Notes: generated by a model not told the origin, from the sequence alone. DNA of 64,000 nucleotides from Candidatus Binatia bacterium (GCA_963664395.2 OY761159.2:160001-224000); one strand, 5' to 3'. Counted from the stretch's first letter, positions 51,830-62,036 are shown. Numbers and translations are program-made.

Positions 51830-53035
51830 TCAACCGACGATCCGGGCCGCCCTGAGCTGCTGAAGGTCCGCCTCCCTCATCCCAAGCCCGGTGAGAACCT
51901 CGTCCGTATGCTGACCGAGAGTCGGTGGGGAGGTCTTAATTTCTGCCGGTGTATCCGCAAAACGCCATACCGGGCCGATGGTCCGGAAGCGGCCCGCCGC
52001 CGGATGGTCAACTTCTTTCAGGATATCGAGTTCGGCCACTTGCGGATGGGCACATAACGCTGGGTAATTGTTAAACGGCACCGCGTCACCGTGGAATTCG
52101 TGGACCAGTTTGACAACGTCAGCATTAGTCAATTGCTGAAACGCCTGTTCCCAAATCGGCTTGACCTCAGGAGCATAGCGCCCAATGCTGGTCGCCTCTC
52201 GTCCAAAGCCCTCAAAACGCGGATCAGCGATATGTTCTTCCAGCCCCAGGGTCAGCATCAGCCGGTCCCAATCTTCACTATTCCCCCGACGCAGGCCGAA
52301 GTACACATGGCCATCCTTGGTTTTGTACCCTTCGTCCGGCGGACGAGTGTAATGATCAAGATGGAAGCCATACCACTCATCCGGGTCCGTCATGGCCGTC
52401 CACATAATGCCGCGCATATGTAAAAGTGTTCCCAGCATACTGACCGCAACCCGCTGCCCTGCGCCTTTGCGAACCCGGTGAAACAATCCGGCCGTGACCG
52501 CTTGTGAGGCCATGATTCCGGTGTTGAGACTGGCCACGTCCGTGCCTAAGCGTACCGGTGCGTCTCCGATCTTCCCCAGCGAGTGGGTGTAATCGGCCAT
52601 CGCCTGAACCACCAACTCCGCCCCTGGCTGGTCTCGTAACGGCCCTTCCTCCCCAAAGGCACTGATCGCGCAGTACACTAGCGTCGGATTCGTCTGATTG
52701 AGATCTTCGTAGCCTAGCCCCAATTTCTCCGCCTGGCCCGGCCCGAAGTCCTCCAGAACAACGGCGGCCCGAGCAATCAGTTTTTGCGCAATCTCTCGGC
52801 CTTCGGGCTTGGTGACATCGAGCGCAATGCTCTTTTTATTGCGATTGAGACTCAGGAAGACCGCACTTTCGTCTTGGATAAACGGCGGTCCCATGGTCCG
52901 TGCGGCATCGCCCGTCAGCGGCTCAATCTTGACAATCTCTGCCCCGGCATCAGCCAGGCGCATGGATGCAAACGGTCCACACAGCCCTTGGGTGAAGTCA
53001 ATAATCGTAAAGCCATCAAGTGCGCCGGGCATCAC
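51830..53035 (-). CDS. Class III CoA-transferase family protein (catalytic Asp apparently absent)
   Basis: GPFAS..LADAGAEIVKIE, NRNKKS and PPTLGQHT motifs. Confidence 0.88.
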   Translation of the reverse strand: MMPGALDGFTIIDFTQGLCGPFASMRLADAGAEIVKIEPLTGDAARTMGPPFIQDESAVFLSLNRNKKSIALDVTKPEGREIAQKLIARAAVVLEDFGPGQAEKLGLGYEDLNQTNPTLVYCAISAFGEEGPLRDQPGAELVVQAMADYTHSLGKIGDAPVRLGTDVASLNTGIMASQAVTAGLFHRVRKGAGQRVAVSMLGTLLHMRGIMWTAMTDPDEWYGFHLDHYTRPPDEGYKTKDGHVYFGLRRGNSEDWDRLMLTLGLEEHIADPRFEGFGREATSIGRYAPEVKPIWEQAFQQLTNADVVKLVHEFHGDAVPFNNYPALCAHPQVAELDILKEVDHPAAGRFRTIGPVWRFADTPAEIKTSPPTLGQHTDEVLTGLGMREADLQQLRAARIVG

Positions 53036-54242
53036 TGCTCCTGTCTCTTTCCTGTTCCGTACCTATCCAACTAGCCTGCGTCTCTTCCGTTATACCAAAC
53101 TCGCGCAGGACTTCTTCGGTCTGCTCACCCTGTAGTCCACCCGGACGAATCGGACCAGCCGGAGTTTTGCCAAATTTCCACGGCAGGCCATCCACACTCG
53201 GGGTTCCCCAATGCGGCGTCTCCAAGTCAATAATATGTTGATTATGCGTGACTTGGGGGTCGGTGCGGAGCGATTGAAAATTGACCGTGCGGTCCACCCG
53301 CGTATTCGGCACGCATTCTTGTGTCAGCCGCAGACTCCACCAACGGGTCGGCTTGGTTTTGAAATGTTCTTCAAGCACGGCTACGAGTTCAGCCCGGTTT
53401 TCGACTCGTTTCGGATTCGTCACAAAGCGCGGATCGGTGCCCAAGTCTGCCTGCCCGATAGCGAGACAGAAGCGCGGCCATTGGTCTTCACTCACCACCC
53501 CAACCGCCAGATATTCTTGATCTTCACAGATAAAGGCTTGGTGCGGCACGGTCGTCGCCACGGCGCTGCCCATGGGCTGAGGTTGTTCACCTGTCGCAAA
53601 ATACTCTGCTAAGCGGCTCGTTTGCAGCGACAGTGCGGCTGAGACCATATCAATCTCAATCTGCTGTCCCTTGCCCGAGCGCTCCCGCGCCAGCAAGGCC
53701 TGCAAAACGGCTTCGACAATCATGGTACTGGTCGTAATGTCGAGATGGGCCAGGTGGCGGAACATCTCTCCCTGAGAACCGGGCGAGCCAGTGATGCTGC
53801 ACCAGCCTCCAAAGGCCTGGACAGTCGGATCGATCCCGGCCTCTTTTGCCATCGGACCGGTCCGGCCATACGCCGATGCAGACACATACACCAGACGCGG
53901 ATTGAGCTGTGAGACCACATCATACCCTAAGCCCAAACGCTCGACCGCGCCCGGACGCATGTTCTGAACAAACACATCGCTCTTTTCAACCAGCTTGAGC
54001 GCAATGGCCCGATCCCCTTCCTTTTTGAGATCGAGCACAATATTCCGCTTGTTGAAATTGGCCGAGATATACAAAACGGCCGTTCCCTTAATAGGCGGCG
54101 GGATGGCATGCGAGAGTTCACCGCCGGTCGACTCCACCTTAATCACATCCGCCCCCAGCTCGCCCAGCAGTTTGGACGCCCAGGGTCCGACCGCGGCGAT
54201 ACTTAAGTCAAACACGCGAATACCGTCGAGAATACCGGGCAT
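53016..54242 (-). CDS. Class III CoA-transferase (CaiB/BaiF family)
   Basis: GPWAS..LGELGADVIKVE, QNMRPG and AHLD motifs. Confidence 0.88.
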   Translation of the reverse strand: MPGILDGIRVFDLSIAAVGPWASKLLGELGADVIKVESTGGELSHAIPPPIKGTAVLYISANFNKRNIVLDLKKEGDRAIALKLVEKSDVFVQNMRPGAVERLGLGYDVVSQLNPRLVYVSASAYGRTGPMAKEAGIDPTVQAFGGWCSITGSPGSQGEMFRHLAHLDITTSTMIVEAVLQALLARERSGKGQQIEIDMVSAALSLQTSRLAEYFATGEQPQPMGSAVATTVPHQAFICEDQEYLAVGVVSEDQWPRFCLAIGQADLGTDPRFVTNPKRVENRAELVAVLEEHFKTKPTRWWSLRLTQECVPNTRVDRTVNFQSLRTDPQVTHNQHIIDLETPHWGTPSVDGLPWKFGKTPAGPIRPGGLQGEQTEEVLREFGITEETQASWIGTEQERDRSSDARRT

Positions 54243-54275
54243 AACGCCTCCTTCAGTGCAGCCGTTCCGGTCTGT

Positions 54276-54689
54276 TTACCCTTTCCGGGGTCGAAACTTT
54301 GCCAGCGTGACCTCGTCGGTCACATCATCAAATACGACTTCCACTGGCATTCCAATGGCAATCTTTTCATTCTCAATCTCGACCAGATTTGTCAGCAGGC
54401 GTGGTCCTTCTTCCAGCTCGACCTCGGCAACATTGTACGGAATGTCCTCTTTAAGTGATGAGAAATAGGCTTGATGAAAGACGACCCACGAGTTTACCCT
54501 GCCCCGACCGCTCAATTGCTGCCAGCTAAAATCACGAGACCAGCAGTCCGGACAGAACGGAGCGGGAGGATACCAGACAACGCCACACGCTGCACATTGT
54601 GGCAGCACCATCTGCCGTTGTTTCAGACCATCCCAGTACGGTTGGTTCAGCGTCGAAATCGCCGGTAACGGCTTTGTATACTCGGCCAT
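54276..54689 (-). CDS. Zn-ribbon/OB-fold protein (DUF35)
   Basis: CAACG..YPP..CPDC followed by OB fold VELEEGPRLLTN. Confidence 0.9.
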   Translation of the reverse strand: MAEYTKPLPAISTLNQPYWDGLKQRQMVLPQCAACGVVWYPPAPFCPDCWSRDFSWQQLSGRGRVNSWVVFHQAYFSSLKEDIPYNVAEVELEEGPRLLTNLVEIENEKIAIGMPVEVVFDDVTDEVTLAKFRPRKG

Positions 54690-54706
54690 GTCCTCTCCTC
54701 TTTTTT

Positions 54707-55885
54707 TCAGCCCGCACGATAGACTAACGAGTCCCCATACGCGTTGGCCCATTGGATGAGCTGCGCATCCGGAATTTGGCGTTCACCACACTCCCCACGC
54801 AGTTGACGCACAATCTCGACCTGGTGATTCCAGCCCATGATGTGGCCCTCGGACATGAGCCCGCCATTGGTGTTCATGGGCAGCTCCCCACCCAGCTCAA
54901 TCCGCCCGTCTTGGGTAAAGGCCGCAGCTTCGCCCTGTTGACAGAACCCAAAGCGCTCCAGCGCAGTCCAGGCCAGAATCGCGAACGCATCGTAGGTAAA
55001 CAGCGCGTCCATATCCTTGGACGATACGCCCGCCATCTCATACACCGGCTGCAGGCCGGGCGCATAATCAAATGCGGTTTGTTGAGAGGTCCCAAAGCCC
55101 GGATAGGTCCAAATAAATTCTTCTCGTCCCGCGGGGAGACCCTGCATGCCGCTAATACAAACGGGCCGTTTGGCCATGTTCCGCGCGCGTTCTTGCGTGG
55201 TGACCAGGACACACGCCGCGCCATCGTTAATCAGACAATAATCCAGCAGATGCAGCGGCTCACACACAAAACGTGAGTTCTGGTGATCTTCTACGCTGAT
55301 GGGTGTCTGCATGATGGCATTCGGATTCATGACCGCGTGCTTGCGAAACGCCACAGCCACCGCGGCCAACTGCTCACTCGTTGCGCCAAAGCGGTCAAAA
55401 TACTTCCGGGCGACCAGCGCCGCCCCGGCCCCAGGTGAGGTCATGCCGAACACCGGGTCTTCGCCGTGCCCACCGCCGGCCTCACGCCCGCCTTCAGCGT
55501 CTCCGGCCCCGCCCATCATGGGTTTGCGAAAGCCCGAGAAGCTAATCGACGCCATGCAGGCCACCACATTGGCCATACCAGTACTGACCATCAGAGCCGC
55601 CCACTGGATACTGCTGGCCGTAAAGCGACCGTGCGCCCAGGTTTGATTATACGCGCGCAGCTTTAATCCCAGCGCATAGGCCAAGGTGTCGGCATCCGCC
55701 CCGATGGGCGTACCAAAACTGACGATGAGCCCGTCCAAATCATCCCGCTCCAACCCGGCATCATCGAGTGCGTTGCGGATGGCTTCACCAGCAAGATCAA
55801 TTTGACTCCGATTCATCTTCCGACCGTATACCGTGTGGCCAACACCACACACAGCCGCTGCATCTTTGAGATTCCACGCGGGCAT
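54707..55885 (-). CDS. Thiolase-superfamily protein (SCP2/Ltp2-like)
   Basis: DYCLINDGA, YDAF and NTNGGLMSEGH motifs; AAAGGAGG ribosome-binding site. Confidence 0.85.
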   Translation of the reverse strand: MPAWNLKDAAAVCGVGHTVYGRKMNRSQIDLAGEAIRNALDDAGLERDDLDGLIVSFGTPIGADADTLAYALGLKLRAYNQTWAHGRFTASSIQWAALMVSTGMANVVACMASISFSGFRKPMMGGAGDAEGGREAGGGHGEDPVFGMTSPGAGAALVARKYFDRFGATSEQLAAVAVAFRKHAVMNPNAIMQTPISVEDHQNSRFVCEPLHLLDYCLINDGAACVLVTTQERARNMAKRPVCISGMQGLPAGREEFIWTYPGFGTSQQTAFDYAPGLQPVYEMAGVSSKDMDALFTYDAFAILAWTALERFGFCQQGEAAAFTQDGRIELGGELPMNTNGGLMSEGHIMGWNHQVEIVRQLRGECGERQIPDAQLIQWANAYGDSLVYRAG

Positions 55886-56051
55886 ACCCACCCTCCTTTG
55901 GCCAGGATTTGAGGATCATAGGCAGAGACAGCCTGAGGGTCAAGGAAATCTGATAACGCGATTCTTTCCTGCTCGGCGTCTTCTCCTTGACGCTCCAGCG
56001 AAGACACGCAACAATCGCCCAACAATTCAAGCAACGCCAGGCACCGAAATG

Positions 56052-56077
56052 GTAGGGGCAGCCCTCTGTGGCTGCCC
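56052..56077 (+). repeat. REP-like palindrome (GTAG plus hairpin)
   Basis: GTAG-GGGCAGCC-CTCTGT-GGCTGCCC. Confidence 0.55.
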
Positions 56078-56087
56078 TTTTATTGTG

Positions 56088-56876
56088 ATGTCAGTCACCG
56101 ATATTCTCCTCATTACCCTCAGCGGTCTGGCCGCCGGCTTTCTCAACGCGGTTTCCGGCGGAGGGGCCATGCTGACTGTGCCCGCCCTCATCCTGATCGG
56201 ACTGCCGCCCGGAGTTGCCAACGGGACGAATCGTTTGGCCGTTGTGCTGCAAAGCCTGACTGCGCTGGCTGCGTATAAAAAACTGAAACAGACTGACTCG
56301 GGCTTAGCCATTGCGCTGGTTATCCCAGCCATGCTGGGCTCGGTGGGTGGCGCGCTGGTGTCGGTCCGTCTGGATGATGCGGTCTTCCAGACCTTGTTGG
56401 CCAGCATGATGATGGTCATGCTCATCCCGATAGTGTTTGAGCCGTTCCTCAATTCCAAACTGCTGGCGGTGAGCGGGACAGTCCGGGGGCGACGCCTGCT
56501 CCAAGGCATCTTTTTTGGCATCGGACTCTACGGTGGCTTACTCCAGATTGGAGCCGGTATTTTTATACTGGTGACGCTGAGCACTGTAGGCGGCTTGAGC
56601 CTCAATCTGGCAAACGGCGTGAAAGTCGTTATTGTCATGGGCCTGACTGGCATTGCCTGCTGCGTCTTTGCGCTGAACGGGAAGATCGATTGGAGTGTGG
56701 GACTGCTCCTGTCGATAGCGACCAGCATCGGCGCGTGGTTTGGGGCGCACTGGGGCGTCAGCAAGGGCGAGGGCTGGATTCGGATCGTGTTGGCTGGGAC
56801 AGTCGTGGTCATGGCGTTTCAGTTACTCGGAGTGTGGGAGAGTCTCAGCCCGGTGTTGGCCTTATTTCAGCTCTGA
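56088..56876 (+). CDS. Sulfite exporter TauE/SafE family membrane protein
   Basis: AGFLNAVSGGG, GLPPGVANGTN and GLYGG..GAG; hydrophobic throughout; start set to MSVTDILL. Confidence 0.88.
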   Translation: MSVTDILLITLSGLAAGFLNAVSGGGAMLTVPALILIGLPPGVANGTNRLAVVLQSLTALAAYKKLKQTDSGLAIALVIPAMLGSVGGALVSVRLDDAVFQTLLASMMMVMLIPIVFEPFLNSKLLAVSGTVRGRRLLQGIFFGIGLYGGLLQIGAGIFILVTLSTVGGLSLNLANGVKVVIVMGLTGIACCVFALNGKIDWSVGLLLSIATSIGAWFGAHWGVSKGEGWIRIVLAGTVVVMAFQLLGVWESLSPVLALFQL

Positions 56877-56910
56877 CGTAGGTTGACCTCTACCAAAAGC
56901 TAGCCACTGC

Positions 56911-57507
56911 ATGAGCACGCTCATCTACAAGGACCAGTCCGCCGCCGAGCTACGGCTTCACGTTCTCGCTGACAGGGTGGATTTTCAGCACTTCAGGCCG
57001 CTTGCCACGGTGCGTTTGGAACAGCCCCGGTTCCAGGTGCAGGCGAGTATTATCGGCGCCAGCCACATCATCCACATAGCGTATGACAATACGCACCATG
57101 TTTCCGAAATCCTGGCCTGCACAGATATTCCCCCTGCGTTACAACCGGCATTCTCAGACTGGATTGTAGACTTGGCTCATCCTATTGATCTCCAGCTCGC
57201 GCCTACGCTGCACTACCATTTTGCAGCCCAGCGGACGGACAGCCAGCGCGGCCAGCCCGCCTTTCGGGCACTGGCGCAGCGCATTGTCCAGGCCAGTGCA
57301 GACACGACACTCTCATCGAGCGCTGGTCTTGATTACTCTTTTCCGGCCACACCCCGAGGCCCAGCTCCCCAAACACTAGTCTGGGCTATGCTCGACAAAC
57401 CGAGCCAGCGTGTGACGCTCAAAACCGCCCACAGCTATCCCAATGAAGATACGATTATCTTTTCGGATTCCTGTGTCACTCTCAGTCGTCCAACGACAGA
57501 ACGATAA
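56911..57507 (+). CDS. DUF2617 family protein
   Basis: IIGASH, SEILAC and TAHSYPNE motifs resemble DUF2617. Confidence 0.65.
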   Translation: MSTLIYKDQSAAELRLHVLADRVDFQHFRPLATVRLEQPRFQVQASIIGASHIIHIAYDNTHHVSEILACTDIPPALQPAFSDWIVDLAHPIDLQLAPTLHYHFAAQRTDSQRGQPAFRALAQRIVQASADTTLSSSAGLDYSFPATPRGPAPQTLVWAMLDKPSQRVTLKTAHSYPNEDTIIFSDSCVTLSRPTTER

Positions 57508-57625
57508 AACCTCTGGGCTTCAGCATCAGGGCCAGATACAACCTCCCTCATGGCGGATTTCATAATGCCTACGCAGATCACGAACAGGAATGAAATGAGA
57601 CACCAAGAAAGGCTTGCCAATACCG

Positions 57626-60466
57626 ATGCCTGAGCAGCGTAATCGTGAAGAGGTCGTCAATACACAACTTGCGGTGCTGATCTCAACGCTCGGCGTCACC
57701 GCCGACGCGGAAACCATTCTCCTGCACGGCACGCACCGGCCCGATGTGTTGTTCCAGCTCCGTGGCCTGCGCGTGGTCATCGAAGGCAAGTTTGCCGATG
57801 TGCCGAACGCCGAACGGGTCGTGCTGGACGATGCCCGCAATCGCGTACGCGCCGGTATTGCCCACATCGCCGCAGCGACGGTCTATCCCGCCCAGCTTCG
57901 CTCCACGCCCACCGCCAAGATGCTCGACACGCTGGCCGGGGCGCGCTTGCGCTTCTGTATTCTGACCGAGACCTCCGAGGACGACGAGTGGTTTGAGGGC
58001 AATCCAGCCGCGCTGATGGAATCCCTGCGCCGGGCGCAAGAAGCATTGAGTCAAGATGATATCGTTGAGCGGACAGCTAAAGCGCTGCATGGCCGCCTGG
58101 TCAGCGTTACTCAGCTCTGGCTGGGCCAAACAGGGGCGTGTGACCGCCTGTCAAACATTCTCGGTATCACGCCGCCAAAAGGCGAGACACCAGACAAAGC
58201 CCAAGGCAGGCGCGAGACAGCAGCCAAGGTCTCGGCCCTGGTGCTGGCCAATGCGCTGATTTTTCAAGAACAGTTGGCGCTGACGGATGGCCGGATCACC
58301 CCGCTACGCAAAATTGAAAAGGAAGCCGATTTAGTCGGAGCTATTGCGAAACATTGGCGCTGGATATGGGAGAACATCAACTATGTGCCGATTTTCCAGC
58401 TCGGTGAACGAGTGCTGGATGAACTTCCGAGTGCGCTCAGCACCACGCAGGCCGTTAGCGCAGTGCTCTCACAAGCGAAAGCAATTTGCGAGAAACAGGC
58501 AGCCCTACGCCACGACCTGATGGGGCGTATCTATCATTGGTTGCTGCATGAAGCGAAATATCTCGGCACCTATTACACTTCGGTGCCAGCAGCTACCCTG
58601 CTGCTCAAACTGACCCTGTCGGCGCACTGGAAACAGGACTTGGGCGACCCCGCGGAATTGGCTCACTTCAAGGTGGCTGACTTAGCCTGCGGAACGGGGA
58701 CGCTGCTAATGGCCGCAGCCCAGGCATTCTCCGACGAGTACATCAGAACGCGCGCGGCCTCAGACCGGCCGTTGGGGCAACGTGAGCTTTCGACGCTGCA
58801 TAGAACCCTGATGGAGAATATGTTGCACGGCTATGACGTGCTGCCCTCAGCCGTTCACCTGACTGCATCCACCTTGGCCCTGCTCGCCCCGGATATTGCG
58901 TTTGTTCGGATGAATCTGTTTGTGATGCCGCTCGGCGTTGATCAGGGGCGCGCGCGTCTGGGCAGCCTGGATTTTCTCGACAGCAGAGAACTCAAAACAC
59001 AGATGGCGCTCGACTATTCGCAGATTGAGACCATCCGTACCGGTGCCTCGATGTCTCGGGAAACGAACGCCACACTGCCCAAGCTACACTTGTGCGTGAT
59101 GAACCCGCCCTTTGTCCGCAGCGTGGGCGGCAACCTGCTCTTCGGCTCTCTGCCGGATGAACGGGGCCTGCTGCAAAAGGACCTCAAGAAGCGGGTCAAG
59201 CACTTATCTGCGAGCGTCACGGCAGGTCTCGGTAGCGTGTTTGTTGCCCTGGCCGACAAGCACTTGGAGGTCGGCGGGCGGCTGGCGTTTGTGCTGCTGG
59301 CGGCGTTGGCTTCGGGCGAAGCCTGGGGACCGACGCGCAAGCTGCTCGCCGAGAGCTACCACTTGGAGACCGTGGTTTCGAGCCACGACGCCGAGCGGCC
59401 CAACTTCTCAGAAAACACCGACCTGTCCGAATTATTGTTCATCGCCCGCAAGCTCGGCAGCGGCGAAAAGCCGGGCAGAGTGACTTGCATCAGCCTGTGG
59501 CGCAACCCGCGCTCAATTCATGAAGCTATGCACTTGGCGAACGCGATTGAGAACACTCCCAAGGTGGCAACCATTGAAGGAGCCGGCATAACGAGCGTGC
59601 GTTCATCGGACGGGAAATTGGCTGAGATGCTGTCTACTCCTGCCGCGATCAGTGAGGAGATTTGGCATGGAGCGCTCATATCGCAGGCCGAACTGTTGCG
59701 AACCTGTTGGAACCTCCAGCATGGGGTTCTGAGGGTTCCTGGGAACGATACCGAATTTACGCTTCCGACGTGCTGGCTTCGTCAACTCGGTGGCCTTGGC
59801 TATGATCGACGCGATATCCATGACGCATTTGAAGTATCGTATGACGATTGGTCTCCCTACCCTGCATTTTGGGGTCACGATGCTAAAGCCGTCATAAGCA
59901 TTGCTCAGTCTTCCAACGCCAGGCTGCTCGCACGAACCGCTCCAGCAAAAGGGCGCAAACTGAAGAGTGCGTCAGCGGTCTATACAGGAGCAGGTCGAAT
60001 ACTTCTCGTCGAGAGATTATGGCCTATCACCCAGTCCGTTTTGGCAGTGGGATTTGAGGAGAAAGTTCTCGGCAACACGTGGTGGGCTTTCAACGACTCG
60101 CAGTTTGATGAGCCGCAACGGAAGACCTTGCTCTTGTGGCTCAATTCTACCCTGAGCCTGCTCTTTTATTACGGACGGCGGACGGTCACGCGGAATGCCT
60201 GGATGCAGATGAAAAAGCCAGCCTGGGAGTCAATGCCGGTCCTTGATGTACGGAGTCTCACGCAAGAACAACTCACAACGCTTGCCAACGCCTATGACGC
60301 GGTAGCCTCGAAATCGCTCGCCCCGCTGGCGCAATTGGATGACGACCCGGTTCGTATCAGCATTGATGAGGCCCTGTGTACCGTTCTCGGACTGCCCTCA
60401 CTTGCGCCGGTCCGCGCCCTACTCGCCCGTGAACCGGGACTGACCGGGCGGAAGATTGGGGTGTAG
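57626..60466 (+). CDS. Type IIG-like restriction endonuclease/adenine DNA methyltransferase fusion
   Basis: N-terminal PD..EGK nuclease motif (RPDVLF..VIEGK); GTYYT; motif I DLACGTG; motif IV NPPF; long C-terminal region likely for target recognition. Confidence 0.8.
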   Translation: MPEQRNREEVVNTQLAVLISTLGVTADAETILLHGTHRPDVLFQLRGLRVVIEGKFADVPNAERVVLDDARNRVRAGIAHIAAATVYPAQLRSTPTAKMLDTLAGARLRFCILTETSEDDEWFEGNPAALMESLRRAQEALSQDDIVERTAKALHGRLVSVTQLWLGQTGACDRLSNILGITPPKGETPDKAQGRRETAAKVSALVLANALIFQEQLALTDGRITPLRKIEKEADLVGAIAKHWRWIWENINYVPIFQLGERVLDELPSALSTTQAVSAVLSQAKAICEKQAALRHDLMGRIYHWLLHEAKYLGTYYTSVPAATLLLKLTLSAHWKQDLGDPAELAHFKVADLACGTGTLLMAAAQAFSDEYIRTRAASDRPLGQRELSTLHRTLMENMLHGYDVLPSAVHLTASTLALLAPDIAFVRMNLFVMPLGVDQGRARLGSLDFLDSRELKTQMALDYSQIETIRTGASMSRETNATLPKLHLCVMNPPFVRSVGGNLLFGSLPDERGLLQKDLKKRVKHLSASVTAGLGSVFVALADKHLEVGGRLAFVLLAALASGEAWGPTRKLLAESYHLETVVSSHDAERPNFSENTDLSELLFIARKLGSGEKPGRVTCISLWRNPRSIHEAMHLANAIENTPKVATIEGAGITSVRSSDGKLAEMLSTPAAISEEIWHGALISQAELLRTCWNLQHGVLRVPGNDTEFTLPTCWLRQLGGLGYDRRDIHDAFEVSYDDWSPYPAFWGHDAKAVISIAQSSNARLLARTAPAKGRKLKSASAVYTGAGRILLVERLWPITQSVLAVGFEEKVLGNTWWAFNDSQFDEPQRKTLLLWLNSTLSLLFYYGRRTVTRNAWMQMKKPAWESMPVLDVRSLTQEQLTTLANAYDAVASKSLAPLAQLDDDPVRISIDEALCTVLGLPSLAPVRALLAREPGLTGRKIGV

Positions 60467-60555
60467 GTTAGAGGTTTGCGTAGGAGCGGGAATTGATTGG
60501 CTGGTGTATGGACGGTATGGGCTGACAGGGAAGTAAAAATCGAAAAGGCAAGCAG

Positions 60556-61356
60556 ATGAGCAGCACTCAAGAACCCATCACCAATCTGGCAGACTACATC
60601 TCAGAAATAAATAAAATTGCTGTTCCTAACGACGATAACCGCTACATTTATCGCGGACAAAAAAACGCAACCTGGCACATACAGAGCGGGGCTCTCCGAC
60701 GCTTACAGAAGGAGCCTTTGGAACACCCTGCGCTATTGCCATATCTTTTCAAGGGATACATCCACCAGCTTATTGATGAAGTTCAACTCCGTTACTCCAG
60801 CGTCTATAATAATCTGACGGCATTAGAGTGCATGGCGCACTTACAGCACAACAGAGTAGCCACCGGGCTGATAGATTTTACCTACAATCCCCTGGTCGCC
60901 CTCTGGTTTGCATGCGAAACCGATGTGACAACAAACGGTAAAGTCTTCGTGGTCAATGTCCAACCCGACAAGATCAGGGAAGTCAAAACTAAAGGAGCCT
61001 TGGAGCAAGAACTCAAGAGGTTTTTTGAGGAAGACGGCCAATGGCATCTCTGGCAACCGTCCATAGACAATTCCGCCGTAGATACTCAGCGTATTACCAT
61101 GCAGCAGTCCGTCTTCCTGTTCGGTTTGTCTGGAGTAGAACCGCGCATGATTGAGCGGGAAATTCTCATTCCCAAAGAGCACAAGGAAGTGTTGCTGCAA
61201 GAGTTGGAGACGATGGGCGTTTCAGAAAAAACATTATTCTCAGACCTGGCAGGTTTTTTTGAAAGAAATACCGCCGAATCGACTTACAACATGGACCTCG
61301 CGGAGGATTACTACACCGAAGAAATCAGAAAAGCAGAGGCCCAAGGCGATGAATAA
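60556..61356 (+). CDS. FRG domain protein
   Basis: YRGQ, LQH...TGLIDFTYNPLVALWFAC and RITMQQSVF motifs. Confidence 0.88.
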   Translation: MSSTQEPITNLADYISEINKIAVPNDDNRYIYRGQKNATWHIQSGALRRLQKEPLEHPALLPYLFKGYIHQLIDEVQLRYSSVYNNLTALECMAHLQHNRVATGLIDFTYNPLVALWFACETDVTTNGKVFVVNVQPDKIREVKTKGALEQELKRFFEEDGQWHLWQPSIDNSAVDTQRITMQQSVFLFGLSGVEPRMIEREILIPKEHKEVLLQELETMGVSEKTLFSDLAGFFERNTAESTYNMDLAEDYYTEEIRKAEAQGDE

Positions 61357-61957
61357 AGAAGCACTCAGCGAGAATTATTTTCAAAGGGCCAATGTCAGAG
61401 CCTCATTAGGTAAATACGAGAAAGCGATTGCAGACTTTGACGTGGCGCTAGACCTCAGGCCACAATTTGCCGCAGCCTACAACAATAGGGGACTTGCCAA
61501 GGACTACCTGGGACAGCACGAAGATGCGATTGCGGACTATGATACGGCGATAGGACTCAATCCGCAACATGTCATTGCCTACTACAATAGAGGAAACACC
61601 AAGCGCCACCTGGGGCAGTACGAAGACGCAATTGTAGACTTTAACACAGCGATACAGCTTAATCCGAAACTTACCGAAGCCTACAACAACAGAGGTCTCG
61701 CCAGGGTCAAACTTGACCAACGTGAAGAAGCAATTGCGGACTTTGACGCGGCGATAAAACTCGATTCACAATATGCCGATACCTACCACAATAGAGGAAT
61801 TGTCAAGAGCTATCTGGGGCAGCACGAGGAGGCACGTGCAGATTTACAACATGCCTTAGAGTTGGCAACGGAACAGGGTGATGAAACGGCGCGTAAAATG
61901 GCTCAAGAACTGTTAGACGAATTATCCTCAGGCAACTCACATGAGAATAAAAAATGA
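61349..61957 (+). CDS. Tetratricopeptide repeat protein (5 TPRs)
   Basis: 34-aa repeats AYxNRG..LG..E.AI.DF..AI.L.P; overlaps the FRG stop by 8 nt. Confidence 0.88.
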   Translation: MNKEALSENYFQRANVRASLGKYEKAIADFDVALDLRPQFAAAYNNRGLAKDYLGQHEDAIADYDTAIGLNPQHVIAYYNRGNTKRHLGQYEDAIVDFNTAIQLNPKLTEAYNNRGLARVKLDQREEAIADFDAAIKLDSQYADTYHNRGIVKSYLGQHEEARADLQHALELATEQGDETARKMAQELLDELSSGNSHENKK

Positions 61958-62036
61958 CAATGTTTGAATAGATATTGTTATAGTCACTTTCGTCTGCAGC
62001 ATTCGCCAAGGGCCGGGGCCAAACCCATTCCCTGTA

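Noticed and set aside
55833-56087. 85-aa N-terminal extension of the TauE ORF
   Set aside because: Overlaps the divergent thiolase start and a REP-like palindrome; the family signature begins at MSVTDILL
61380-61860. ~102-nt periodic DNA repeats as a CRISPR-like array
   Set aside because: Explained by TPR coding repeats; degenerate, with no repeat-spacer structure or cas genes
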